Below, piece by piece: positions 7,949 through 16,512 of a stretch of DNA of 32,000 nt. Numbering within the stretch: the first letter of the stretch is position 1; each line of letters opens with the position of its first letter. The notes beneath the pieces are model-generated. The model made no database searches. It was not told where the DNA came from and was given only the letters and a program-made list of their open reading frames with translations. This DNA comes from Nitrospirota bacterium (lineage in GTDB: Bacteria > Nitrospirota > Thermodesulfovibrionia > Thermodesulfovibrionales > UBA9159). The stretch covers positions 284,570 through 316,569 of the forward strand of contig CAVOUE010000005.1 of NCBI GenBank assembly GCA_963699545.1. Direction: 5' to 3'. A program made the translations under genes and the position numbers.

Positions 7949-9382
7949 TCAAAACTCGTCCATCTCCTTTGCCATCTTTCTCTCCGACCACCAGTTGAAG
8001 AACTTGACCCCGAAAAAAGCTCCGACTACCATGCCTCCGCCGTACAACCATCCGCTCGGATCACCTCCGGCCACCCTGATAAAGAAGGCGCCGATATTGC
8101 AGCCGAGGGCAGGTCTTGAACCAACTCCCATCAATACGCCGCCGATAAGACCCCAGGCAATAAGTTCGCCTTTCGGCAGCTTGAACTTGAATTCATTGTT
8201 CATCCGGGCCATGACCATGGCGCCGAAAATAATGCCGAACGACATCCAGAGTGCCGGATTACGCCATGGCTCAGGAAGTCCGTTATTGATTCCGAAGAAT
8301 ATGTTGTTGTGCATATTCCAGCCGAATTTCTCCAGTATCCACGCCCCGAACTGCCCTTCCTGACTGGTGATATACCAGTACCCGGGGTCAAAGACAGTGC
8401 CCTTGATCGAGACATCTGCTTTATGACCCATCCTTACGAGAAGCTCTCCGAAGTTCGTGACACCGAACTTGATCTGCATTCCCTTCATCACAAAGATATG
8501 GAGTCCGGCAACAATACCGATCAGCACACCCATCAGAGTGGTCCTCTTGGACGCCGTTATCATATTCCATAAACCGGCAAGTTCGTCGCCGAACCCCATC
8601 GTTGCCCCACCCTTCGCCTTCGCCCTCTTCTTCATAAAACCTTTTCTTATGTAAAAGACATAGATAACAGTAAGGAGTATCGCCGCCGGTATAAGGGCAT
8701 TCAGCAGCGAGTCAGCAACAAAATACTTTGCCGCGCCCGGCAGCGCATCAGAAACAGCCTTTGTATGAGACAATTGCAGTGTCGGCTGATCCCATATATA
8801 GCCGGCCAGATAGGTGTCAAAGGATGAGGTCATTTTATCGGCAGGAAGTCCTTTAGCCAGCGCTGAATCTACCCATTTCTGGGGGATCAGGAAGTTAAAC
8901 CATTTGACATTAACAAACACCGCCTGTCCGATACAGAGTCCAAAAAACGCGGCTAAGAAAGATGTCCCGTTACCCTCACCTATTTTGTAGAGAGAGCCCG
9001 ATGCGCAACCACCGGCAAGGACCATCCCGACGCCGAAGATCATTCCTGCTATCAAGGTATGTATGCCGAACGGAGCAGGATGGAAAGTGCTCATATTGGT
9101 TGAAGCAAGGGTTGCCTGAATAGTACTGAAAAATATAAGCGCCACCAGAATGCCGACCGCCATTCTCGGGACACCGGCAGCAAAAAGGTCTCTCGAAGCC
9201 GAGGCAAAACAGAACCTCCCGTATTGAAGCATCATTCCGTAGGCAAATCCGAACCAGATGTACGCCACGAGGTACATGTAATACACGTTTGTCTTATAGT
9301 ACATCACGCTGATAAGGATAAGGATGCCCGTGATCAAGAAAGCCCAGATTTGTCCTTTTTTGTTATTGTCTTGATCCGCCAC
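7949..9382 (-). CDS. YeeE/YedE-family (thio)sulfate / sulfur-compound transporter
   Basis: Polytopic membrane protein with the three Cys-containing signature segments of the family (GRFCFASASRD, GGCASGSLYKIGEGN, ALGCNIGAFF). GTG start with GGAGGG upstream. At 477 aa it is longer than the ~350-aa E. coli type. Confidence 0.85.
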   Translation of the reverse strand: MADQDNNKKGQIWAFLITGILILISVMYYKTNVYYMYLVAYIWFGFAYGMMLQYGRFCFASASRDLFAAGVPRMAVGILVALIFFSTIQATLASTNMSTFHPAPFGIHTLIAGMIFGVGMVLAGGCASGSLYKIGEGNGTSFLAAFFGLCIGQAVFVNVKWFNFLIPQKWVDSALAKGLPADKMTSSFDTYLAGYIWDQPTLQLSHTKAVSDALPGAAKYFVADSLLNALIPAAILLTVIYVFYIRKGFMKKRAKAKGGATMGFGDELAGLWNMITASKRTTLMGVLIGIVAGLHIFVMKGMQIKFGVTNFGELLVRMGHKADVSIKGTVFDPGYWYITSQEGQFGAWILEKFGWNMHNNIFFGINNGLPEPWRNPALWMSFGIIFGAMVMARMNNEFKFKLPKGELIAWGLIGGVLMGVGSRPALGCNIGAFFIRVAGGDPSGWLYGGGMVVGAFFGVKFFNWWSERKMAKEMDEF

Positions 9383-9559
9383 CTTTAAACCCTCCTCTTG
9401 AATAGTGAATGGGATACTTGACCCCGTATTTCCCTGTATATTTCGACCCCGCTCCCCCTGTTATGTGTAGTGCCTATTGTTATAAAAGGGTCCGGCAAAA
9501 GTCAATAAATAGGCCCATAAAAAACTAAAATATATTAACATTTGAAACCTTATACCTCT

Positions 9560-11275
9560 TCACCTCGCCCCGCTTTGGGACGGCGTGGGAGAGTGTGCCA
9601 TATACAAGGCAACCACGGTCCTGAAACTGAATACCCCTTCATAGGTATCCAATTCGCGGAGCAATCGGTATCCCTTCAGTCTGTCCCGCACGTTCCCCGG
9701 GAGGGTTTCCACCGGTCCTGCTGAAAGCACTACCACAGGGATGTTCCCCTCGGAGCATCCATCGCAGTCACGGTAGTACCGGGGGTTTGCGTATTCCCAC
9801 GTGAACCGGAGCGGTGAACTCGCAGCCTCTTCCCCGCGAGGGAAAAGCCCTGGATCATAATCGTAGATGATCCTCTTCCTGGTAAACAGATCAAGGAGAG
9901 GTACAGCGACCGCCGGGTTCAATGCGGCGTCCTGCTGCGGCAGCGTATAGACCCGCGCTGTTCGCCCCTCAAGACCGTCCAGCAATTCACCGGCCTTCGC
10001 CAGGTTCACCGTGCTGATCTTGCCCAGAAAAGGACGGTACGCCATGAGCGAAACGGTAAGAGATGAAATGAGGGCACACACCACGATAAACCGCCGCAGA
10101 TCACTGTCCCGGATCTGTTGCAGCCCATAGGAAGCCATTAACGCGACCATCGGGAATATGGGGAGTGTGTAGCGTATGCGTCTCACCTGAAAAACGACCA
10201 GGAGGATGACCAGACAGCTTATGATCGTATACCTGATGTCCCTTTTCCTGAAGGCCACATAAAGGGAAGAGAGGCTTGCGGCAGCAATAAAAGGATGCAT
10301 CTGGAACAGGAACGTCGAGATAAAGCTCTCTCCCCATTTCGCAAGGCCGGGTCTTTGAAAGGTCGTGAGCAGTCTGAGTTGCTTCAAGAAAACTTCATGC
10401 TTCAGCAGAACCAGCGATCCTGCCATAAGCAGACCCACCCCCATGATGAGCACCGACCTCAGAAAATATTTCTTTCTTTCCTGCGAAGGGGCCTGAATCA
10501 GATACACCACCCCAATGACCGGAAGCACAGAGAGCATCGGCCATGCGGAATACTTGGAAAAGATGACGAGGAAAAGAGAAGCGGAGGCAAGTGCCATCAT
10601 CCACCCTCCCTGTTCAAGGGCTCTCAGGAAGGTAAAGATCGTCAGTGTCAGGAAGAACATTGTCGGAACGTCCACCAGCATAAGGGGCACCTGGGAGAAG
10701 AGGTACGGCATACCCAAAAGAAGTGCTCCACCCATCAGCCCGGTTTCCTTGTCCCACAGACATTTTCCGATGAGGTACGTGAGGACAACGGTCATCGAGA
10801 AGAGAATGGCTGTAAAGACCTGCGCATACAACCTCACCTCACCAAAGATACGGAAGACCATTCCGTAGAGGAAAGGCATAAGGGGCAGGTCCGTCCAGCA
10901 CTGAATCGCATTCCCCCATTCCCTGAAGAAATACCCGACCCCGTACAGCTCCAGATGTTTTGCCTGGGTGAAATACCGGGACGCGTCAACGATGACCTCA
11001 GGCGCCTTCCACCAGGACGCAGCGACGATAAAGGAGGTGAAGAAAAGAACAAGGGACGGAAAGCGGGGGGAATAAGAGACCTTCAGGAAAAAAAGGGCAA
11101 GGCCGATGCTGGCAGAAAGAACGGCAAATACGATTGCGGGGCTGATTCCGTTGAAGACCCACTGCCAGCTGGTGAGCCTGTTGTCATCCGCAGAGCGTAG
11201 TGCAAAAAGGAATATGAAGATCAGGAGGCTCAGGAGGGAAACAACAAGGAATGGCAGGCGGATAGTGCGGTTCAC
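9560..11275 (-). CDS. GT-C fold glycosyltransferase (ArnT / PMT family, GT39/GT83-like) with a soluble C-terminal domain
   Basis: At least 10 hydrophobic helices in the first ~400 aa. The first-loop motif EVIVDASRYFTQAKHLELYG resembles the Asp/Glu-x-x-RY loop of ArnT/PMT enzymes. The ~150-aa C-terminal domain is non-membrane. Confidence 0.65.
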   Translation of the reverse strand: MNRTIRLPFLVVSLLSLLIFIFLFALRSADDNRLTSWQWVFNGISPAIVFAVLSASIGLALFFLKVSYSPRFPSLVLFFTSFIVAASWWKAPEVIVDASRYFTQAKHLELYGVGYFFREWGNAIQCWTDLPLMPFLYGMVFRIFGEVRLYAQVFTAILFSMTVVLTYLIGKCLWDKETGLMGGALLLGMPYLFSQVPLMLVDVPTMFFLTLTIFTFLRALEQGGWMMALASASLFLVIFSKYSAWPMLSVLPVIGVVYLIQAPSQERKKYFLRSVLIMGVGLLMAGSLVLLKHEVFLKQLRLLTTFQRPGLAKWGESFISTFLFQMHPFIAAASLSSLYVAFRKRDIRYTIISCLVILLVVFQVRRIRYTLPIFPMVALMASYGLQQIRDSDLRRFIVVCALISSLTVSLMAYRPFLGKISTVNLAKAGELLDGLEGRTARVYTLPQQDAALNPAVAVPLLDLFTRKRIIYDYDPGLFPRGEEAASSPLRFTWEYANPRYYRDCDGCSEGNIPVVVLSAGPVETLPGNVRDRLKGYRLLRELDTYEGVFSFRTVVALYMAHSPTPSQSGAR

Positions 11276-11365
11276 AAAGATTAGATTATATGAAACCCCG
11301 CCCTCTTTTCAACATCCTGCCGATATTCGCACGTTCACCTCTCTTTGGAAGGATTCCCGTGAATT

Positions 11366-11393
11366 CCAGGAGGCACCGCGTGATGCCTCCTGG
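11366..11393 (-). terminator. Perfect 10-bp GC-rich stem-loop downstream of the rhodanese gene (possible terminator or RNA stabiliser; no U-tract)
   Basis: CCAGGAGGCA-ccgcgtga-TGCCTCCTGG, 12 nt past the stop at 11406. There is no flanking T-run in either orientation. Confidence 0.3.
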
Positions 11394-11405
11394 AAAGGAA
11401 GACAG

Positions 11406-11903
11406 TTATTTTTCCACCGGGAAGTTCTTTGTGCCTGCGTTCTGTATCGCCTGCTGCATTATGTTGGCGCCAAGGTAGCCTTTGATCCATGCCGAATGAC
11501 CAAACTGCATGGTGCGCGCATCATATCCGAGCACTCTCAAGGCAACAATAGGGAGGTTCTGGGTCTGGCCGGTGACGCACACGAGGATGATCTTCTTGTC
11601 CTTCGGAAGCTTCTTGAGGTTTTCGGCCTTCAGAAGTTCACTGTAGGGGATATAGACCGCGCCCGGCATCTTGCCGCCCTGCTGTCCAGGGGGGGTCGGT
11701 CTCACATCCACGATAAGGAAATCCGTCTTCTTCGCCTTGATCCAGGCATCCACATCATCAGGCTTGACCTGCCAGTGTCCCTCCGCAGGCCCCTTCATCA
11801 GGACATCATTGAATTTTTTCACCCACTCGTCCGCTGCGTAGGCAGGCGCGACCAGCGACAACGCCAGGAACAGACCCATGACAGCAATAAAACCTTTTTT
11901 CAT
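11406..11903 (-). CDS. Periplasmic rhodanese-domain sulfurtransferase
   Basis: Sec signal MKKGFIAVMGLFLALSLVAPAYA/AD. Rhodanese pattern FLIVDVR...GKMPGAVYIPY...LPKDKKIILVCVTGQTQ with active-site Cys in the CVTGQT loop, then FGHSAW. Confidence 0.8.
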   Translation of the reverse strand: MKKGFIAVMGLFLALSLVAPAYAADEWVKKFNDVLMKGPAEGHWQVKPDDVDAWIKAKKTDFLIVDVRPTPPGQQGGKMPGAVYIPYSELLKAENLKKLPKDKKIILVCVTGQTQNLPIVALRVLGYDARTMQFGHSAWIKGYLGANIMQQAIQNAGTKNFPVEK

Positions 11904-11974
11904 CTCTTGCCCCTCCTCATATCAGATTCGAGATTAACCCTTCTATAAAGGGATGGAACCGGTTGCGCTCAGCG

Positions 11975-12145
11975 TTACCAGGAAATGACCCTGTCGCTGG
12001 AGAATATCTCGTCGATGATCGCCTCATATGACATCTCTTTCCTGGACAGGTCTACCACCTTCACGTCGTTCTCCTTGGACTGTACTGCTGTGATCTTTGT
12101 GGATAATTCTGTCGGGCCGTCATTCAGTATATGAAGAATCTTCAT
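11975..12145 (-). CDS. Unannotated 56-aa ORF, miniature DsrH/TusB-like protein (tentative)
   Basis: Not in the ORF track because it is under 60 aa. My translation: MKILHILNDGPTELSTKITAVQSKENDVKVVDLSRKEMSYEAIIDEIFSSDRVISW. AGGAGG lies 5 nt upstream of the ATG. It starts 15 nt after the dsrE-like stop. Its N-terminus (MxILHxxNxxP) and C-terminus (V-x-x-W) resemble DsrH/TusB. Confidence 0.55.
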   Translation of the reverse strand: MKILHILNDGPTELSTKITAVQSKENDVKVVDLSRKEMSYEAIIDEIFSSDRVISW

Positions 12146-12160
12146 TTCGTTCCTCCTTTC

Positions 12161-12463
12161 TTACAGGACGATCACCCTGTCGGCGTCGTGCATCATTACG
12201 GCGTTGTTATACTGGCTGCCGCAGACGACCTCCTGGGGAAGACCCTCGGTGGCAACACCCATATGTTTGGCGCTGTGGTCACAGAAACTCGTGCTCACGC
12301 CCTGCATCCCGCAGAGCATCCCGAACTCCGGGGTGCCGAGAAGCTTTGTGCCGTCATCCATATTGAACAGGACCACCTCGTGCCCCTTTGCAACGGCCGC
12401 TTTGACAAGGCCCACCACATCGGCGAGATGCCTGTTGGTATTCACAAAAATGCCGAGCTTCAT
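12161..12463 (-). CDS. DsrE/DsrF/TusD-like sulfur relay protein
   Basis: 100 aa. MKLGIFVNT... Rossmann-like start, a conserved Cys segment SFCDHSAKHMGV (compare TusD ICVAAALRRGV), and a C-terminal DRVIVL as in TusC/TusD. AGGAGG SD. Confidence 0.7.
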   Translation of the reverse strand: MKLGIFVNTNRHLADVVGLVKAAVAKGHEVVLFNMDDGTKLLGTPEFGMLCGMQGVSTSFCDHSAKHMGVATEGLPQEVVCGSQYNNAVMMHDADRVIVL

Positions 12464-12654
12464 AGAATTACCTCCTTTTTCGATCCTTTATGCAATAGCA
12501 GAGATTCACGACAGGAACCATTTCCGTGATATATACCATACCCTGTCTGCCAAAGTAAAGCGGGAACCGGTCATAGCGGATAAGAAAATCTTATACACTC
12601 TTAAGCAGACAATACCGCCGGATGAACAGCCGTGCTGAGGGTGCAACAAGAGAA

Positions 12655-13110
12655 TTATTTCTGCTGTTTCTTTACCGTATCAAGGTATTTGATGAACACG
12701 TCCGGCTCCACGTTGTCAACAAAGCAGAGCCTCTTGCCGGAAGGGTCCTTGATGATGGTGCCGCCGGGTCCAAGAAAGAGAAGGAGGCAATCATTCTTGT
12801 AGTCGTACTGGTTGCCCAGTTTCTCCTCTTCAGCAGTGAGTTTCTTTGTGAGATCCACCCGGATAGGGATAAAATCGTCCATGATCTTCTTTGCTATGGC
12901 GGGATTTTTATACACTCCCTCCTCGAGCTTTTCACATCGAGGGCATCCCTTTCCAAAAAAGAAATCTACGATCATAGGCTTCTTTTCGGTCTTTGCCTTT
13001 TCCATCCCTTCCTGGAGGGAGAGCCATTTTACCCCCGCCGCCCCGAAGGTCTGGGAAGATATGACCAGCACAGCAATGACCGCCAAAAAGACATATATTC
13101 TTTTGTTCAT
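12655..13110 (-). CDS. Periplasmic thioredoxin-fold protein (thioredoxin_7 / DsbD-gamma-like)
   Basis: Signal peptide MNKRIYVFLAVIAVLVISSQTFG. CxxC redox motif in FFFGKGCPRCEKL. Its start overlaps the waaC stop (ATGA, 13107-13110). Confidence 0.75.
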   Translation of the reverse strand: MNKRIYVFLAVIAVLVISSQTFGAAGVKWLSLQEGMEKAKTEKKPMIVDFFFGKGCPRCEKLEEGVYKNPAIAKKIMDDFIPIRVDLTKKLTAEEEKLGNQYDYKNDCLLLFLGPGGTIIKDPSGKRLCFVDNVEPDVFIKYLDTVKKQQK

Positions 13111-14123
13111 CGTTCTTTCCTCCTGAGAAAATCACTGATGACCCCAGCGACCTCTTCTACTGTTATCATATCCATGCAGAGGGGACTTTTGCAAGACCTC
13201 TTATAGCAGGGAGAGCATGCCATTTCCTTCCGGATCACCGTATGCCCTCTTCCGTAAGGCCCTGTCCTTGCCGGGTTGGCAGGTCCGAACAGGGCAAAGA
13301 CGGGAACATCGAGAGCAGCGGCAATATGCATGGGACCGGTATCGTTGCTCACCATGAATCGGGCGTCCTTTATGACCGACGCCAACCCCTTCAGGTCCGT
13401 CCTGCCTGCCAGGGACAATGCCTTCCCCTTTGACACTCTGACCACCGCCTCCGCAAGGAGCCTGTCGCCCCTGCTGCCGACAACAACAGTTCTCAGGGGC
13501 AGCCGTGCAGCCAGTTCACCGAACCTCTCTGCCGACCAGCGGTTCACCGGCTTTCTCGCGCCCGGAGCCATCACCGCATACTCCCCGGGGACGAACAATC
13601 CTTCCTTCACCCCGTCGGCGAGCTGGGGAAGAGGGAACCGGACCCCGGATACATCGCATCCGAGATACGCCGCGATCTTCAGGTACCGGTCCACAGCGTG
13701 AACATCCTTGCCCCCGGCGACCCGGTGAGTGTAAAAAAGACTGCTGCCCTCTCTCGCCTCCTCAAAGCCTATGCGCATGGGCGCTCCGGTGGCCTTTGCG
13801 ATAAGGCCGCTCCTGAAAAGCCCCTGGAGGTCAATGACGCAGTCAAAGCGCGCGGCCCTGAGACCCCTGAAAAGTGTGCGTAACTCTGCAACGGTGGAAT
13901 AAACCCTTGTTATCTTCTTCCACTCATCCTTGCGAATGACCCATACTTTCTTGAGCATGGGGTGGCCGTCAAGGATCCCTTCCAGTCCTTTTGCAACGAG
14001 CCAGTGGATCTCCGAACCGGAGAAACACCGGTGGAGAGCATCAAGGACCGCAAGGCTGTGAACGATATCACCAAGGGAGCTTGGTTTTATGATGAGGATC
14101 TTTTTAGGAGCGAGCTTCGACAT
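13107..14123 (-). CDS. waaC: GT9 lipopolysaccharide heptosyltransferase (WaaC/RfaC-like)
   Basis: N-terminus KILIIKPSSLGDIVHSLAVLDAL matches the WaaC pattern (IVKxSSxGDxxHxLPAL). C-terminal SNDTGPMHIAAAL...LFGP motif of GT9. Confidence 0.8.
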   Translation of the reverse strand: MSKLAPKKILIIKPSSLGDIVHSLAVLDALHRCFSGSEIHWLVAKGLEGILDGHPMLKKVWVIRKDEWKKITRVYSTVAELRTLFRGLRAARFDCVIDLQGLFRSGLIAKATGAPMRIGFEEAREGSSLFYTHRVAGGKDVHAVDRYLKIAAYLGCDVSGVRFPLPQLADGVKEGLFVPGEYAVMAPGARKPVNRWSAERFGELAARLPLRTVVVGSRGDRLLAEAVVRVSKGKALSLAGRTDLKGLASVIKDARFMVSNDTGPMHIAAALDVPVFALFGPANPARTGPYGRGHTVIRKEMACSPCYKRSCKSPLCMDMITVEEVAGVISDFLRRKER

Positions 14124-15672
14124 CTCCGGTCCTTACAGCGTTCATTATGAGATCCACCGCCTCTTTCAATCCTTCCACCACATGATCCGCGTGGGCTGAA
14201 TCCCTCTGCTGGCCTGTCTTCACAAACAGCGCCTTTGCCCCCACCGCCTTCGCCAGCATCATATCGGCGTCCTTGTCCCCTACGACATACGATCTCTTGA
14301 GGTCGATACCATGTTTATTGCGTGCGTCATGCAGCATCCCCGGCTCCGGTTTCCTGCAGGAGCAGTTATCCTCCGGAAGATGGGGGCAGTAAAAGAAATC
14401 ATCGAACCCGTATCGTTCCACAAAGACATTGTTTATCTCCCGTGCAAACCCTTCCTCCACCAGCCCTCTCGCTATTCCTGACTGGTTTGTGACGCCGACG
14501 AGCCTGAACCCAAGGTCCTTCAGCGCAGCCAGGTCATCAATGCCGGGGAGAAGCCTGAAATCATCTCGTCTGCTGAGGTAATGCACATCCTCACAAAGGG
14601 TTCCGTCCCTGTCAAAAAAGACTGCAGGCATGCCGGGCAAGAGTTGCTTTACCGCCAGATACACGTCGTCCGACAGAATATCATGCATGCACTGTATATA
14701 ATCGTTCGTACAGCTGCGTTCAAAACACGGGCTGCAGGGGAGTTTCGGATGTATCACCCTATTGCCCTCTCCCACCGGACCGGTGAGGTCGGGAGAAGTG
14801 GAACCGAAGAGCGCCACCAGCGGCGTTCCCGCTGCGTATGCGATATGCATGGGTCCGGAATCATTCGAGAGAAAGACATCGCACTCCGAGATGAAGCCTA
14901 TAAGCTCCCTCAGAGAGGTGGCGCCCGCCAGGTTCAGCAGCGTCCCCTCAGATCCATGAAAGCGCCCTTCAGAACGACGCTGCTCAATCGTGATCAGCCG
15001 TTCGATCTCCTGCGCGATAGCGCCCTCATTCGGTCCGCCGAACATCACCACGCTCCCTTTTGTATCTCGCATGAACCAGCACGCAACTTCTGCGAACCGC
15101 GCAGGAAGCCATCTCTTCGCAGAACCGTAGGCAGCGCCGGGGTTCATCCCGAGGACCGGCCTCCTTAACCCCTTTAAGCTGTCCCGTGCGGCAAGGCGTT
15201 CTTCGAGGGAGAGAAATATCCAGGGTTTCGAAAAGGCTGCAGATATCCCTGCTGCCTTCAGGAGGTTAAGGTAGTAATCGATGTGGTGGGCCTTCCTGTC
15301 GTTATTGTCATACGGGATCCGTTTCGTGAGAAATCTCCCCCTGCCGTCCCTGTCATACCCCACCCTTTCGGGGATACCCGAAAGATAGGAAATCAGCGCT
15401 GCGTCAAAGGCGTTTTGAAAGAGAAAAGCCGTGGAGAACCCCGCCTTCCTCAATCTGCCCGCAAGTTTCAGTTTCCCGGTGATCCCTTTTTCTTCATAGA
15501 GAATGACCTCGTCAACAAACGGGTTCTTATCGAAGATAGCTGCGACAGAAGGCCTGACGAGCAGGCTCAGGTGTGAGTCCGGATACGCCTTCTTCAGCGC
15601 CCTCAGCGCAGGCAGGGTCATCACGGCATCCCCGATCCAGTTCACGCCCCTCACGAGAATGTTTTCGTTCAT
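14104..15672 (-). CDS. waaF: Fusion of GT9 heptosyltransferase II (WaaF-like) with D,D-heptose 1,7-bisphosphate phosphatase (GmhB)
   Basis: N-terminal NILVRGVNWIGDAVMTLPALRALK and SNDSGPMHIAYAAGTPLVALFG (GT9). C-terminal ~175 aa VFFDRDGTL (HAD DxDxT), VGVTNQSGIARG, YCPHLPEDNCSCRKPEPGML (GmhB Zn/Cys motif), VVGDKDADM. Confidence 0.85.
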   Translation of the reverse strand: MNENILVRGVNWIGDAVMTLPALRALKKAYPDSHLSLLVRPSVAAIFDKNPFVDEVILYEEKGITGKLKLAGRLRKAGFSTAFLFQNAFDAALISYLSGIPERVGYDRDGRGRFLTKRIPYDNNDRKAHHIDYYLNLLKAAGISAAFSKPWIFLSLEERLAARDSLKGLRRPVLGMNPGAAYGSAKRWLPARFAEVACWFMRDTKGSVVMFGGPNEGAIAQEIERLITIEQRRSEGRFHGSEGTLLNLAGATSLRELIGFISECDVFLSNDSGPMHIAYAAGTPLVALFGSTSPDLTGPVGEGNRVIHPKLPCSPCFERSCTNDYIQCMHDILSDDVYLAVKQLLPGMPAVFFDRDGTLCEDVHYLSRRDDFRLLPGIDDLAALKDLGFRLVGVTNQSGIARGLVEEGFAREINNVFVERYGFDDFFYCPHLPEDNCSCRKPEPGMLHDARNKHGIDLKRSYVVGDKDADMMLAKAVGAKALFVKTGQQRDSAHADHVVEGLKEAVDLIMNAVRTGDVEARS

Positions 15673-15758
15673 CGTTTAATTTACCATAAAGAGAAAGCCA
15701 GATGGTTTAATCGTTCGTGATCGGGCAGCCGGTCCGGCAGAAGAGTGACGAGGGCGTA

Positions 15759-16040
15759 TTATCGGTAGCTGTCCTTACGGGAATCGACAGCCAGCATATA
15801 TACAATGCGCTCTCTTTCGTCGATTTCATAAAAGAACCGATACCTGTCGATTCTGTATCGCCACGTGTCAGGCTCGTAGTGCTTCAGTTTCTTAATGTTT
15901 TTCCCAAAGAAAGGGTTCATCCTGAGTTGAGGATAGACATATTCTGAAAGTTTCTTCCTGATCCGTACCCCTCGCCCCTCGAAATCCCTGGTCAGGTCTT
16001 CAATGAACTGCTCGGTCTCAAAGATCCTGAATTTAACCAA
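15759..16040 (-). CDS. Type II toxin, RelE/ParE family
   Basis: 93 aa. ...KKLKHYEPDTWRYRIDRYRFFYEIDERERIVYMLAVDSRKDSYR matches the RelE/ParE C-terminal pattern. 8-nt overlap with the upstream antitoxin gene. Confidence 0.8.
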   Translation of the reverse strand: MVKFRIFETEQFIEDLTRDFEGRGVRIRKKLSEYVYPQLRMNPFFGKNIKKLKHYEPDTWRYRIDRYRFFYEIDERERIVYMLAVDSRKDSYR

Positions 16041-16281
16041 CCATCCGTCCCTTCTTCAATGTGGCGTGACTATGGCCCCGTTCGAGTTTCTTGAGCAACC
16101 GGGTATTCGAAAATATTTCCTCCATTTCAAAATCACCGGCCAGCGTTTCTTCATCGAGCTTCTTCAAGGCAAGCGTTTCTATCAGGTTCGCGACGCTCCG
16201 GTTGTCTTCAGCCGCCGCTTGATTGAGTTTCTCATACGTCCTGTCACTCAGCCGCAATGTTATGGTTTTTGGCATTTGCAT
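16033..16281 (-). CDS. Type II antitoxin, ribbon-helix-helix (CopG-like)
   Basis: 82 aa. The N-terminal KTITLRLSDRTYEKLNQAAAEDNRSVANLIETLALKKL is a typical RHH beta-alpha-alpha. Acidic C-terminal tail. Precedes and overlaps the RelE-like gene. Confidence 0.7.
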   Translation of the reverse strand: MQMPKTITLRLSDRTYEKLNQAAAEDNRSVANLIETLALKKLDEETLAGDFEMEEIFSNTRLLKKLERGHSHATLKKGRMVG

Positions 16282-16341
16282 TCACCTTCTTTCTTTTTAC
16301 TTCAGTGTTATTCTAATTCATTCCATCCGGATTTTCAAGTC

Positions 16342-16380
16342 ATTATAGGTCTTTTGACAGGTTTCACCGACATGACAGGT
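16342..16380 (-). promoter_or_regulatory. Putative TA promoter (-10 TATAAT) with two direct ACCTGTCA repeats over the -35 region (candidate antitoxin operator)
   Basis: On the minus strand, TATAAT is at 16347-16342. ACCTGTCA occurs at 16362-16355 and 16380-16373, with an 18-nt period. The element is ~60 nt upstream of the antitoxin ATG. Confidence 0.3.
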
Positions 16381-16433
16381 ATGGCGAAATGAAACAAATG
16401 CGGGTTTCCGAAAAAAGTCTGGCTTAACGCTTG

Positions 16434-16501
16434 CCTTAACCAGCGCGGGCGACCAGCAAAAATGAAAAAAGGAGCAGGCTTATTCCGCGTCTGGTTGAAG
16501 G
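16434..16501. repeat. Imperfect inverted repeat (15/17 bp arms, ~36-nt spacer) just downstream of the 314-aa gene
   Basis: CCTTAACCAGCGCGG (16434-16448) pairs with CCGCGTCTGGTTGAAGG (16485-16501), with one bulge and one mismatch. Confidence 0.5.
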
Positions 16502-16512
16502 CGTTGTTCGAC

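Noticed and set aside
10295-11948. Plus-strand ORFs of 301 aa and 280 aa opposite the GT-C glycosyltransferase and rhodanese genes
   Set aside because: The translations are highly basic and low-complexity (KGR/HRE-rich), they span two real minus-strand genes, and they lack an SD.
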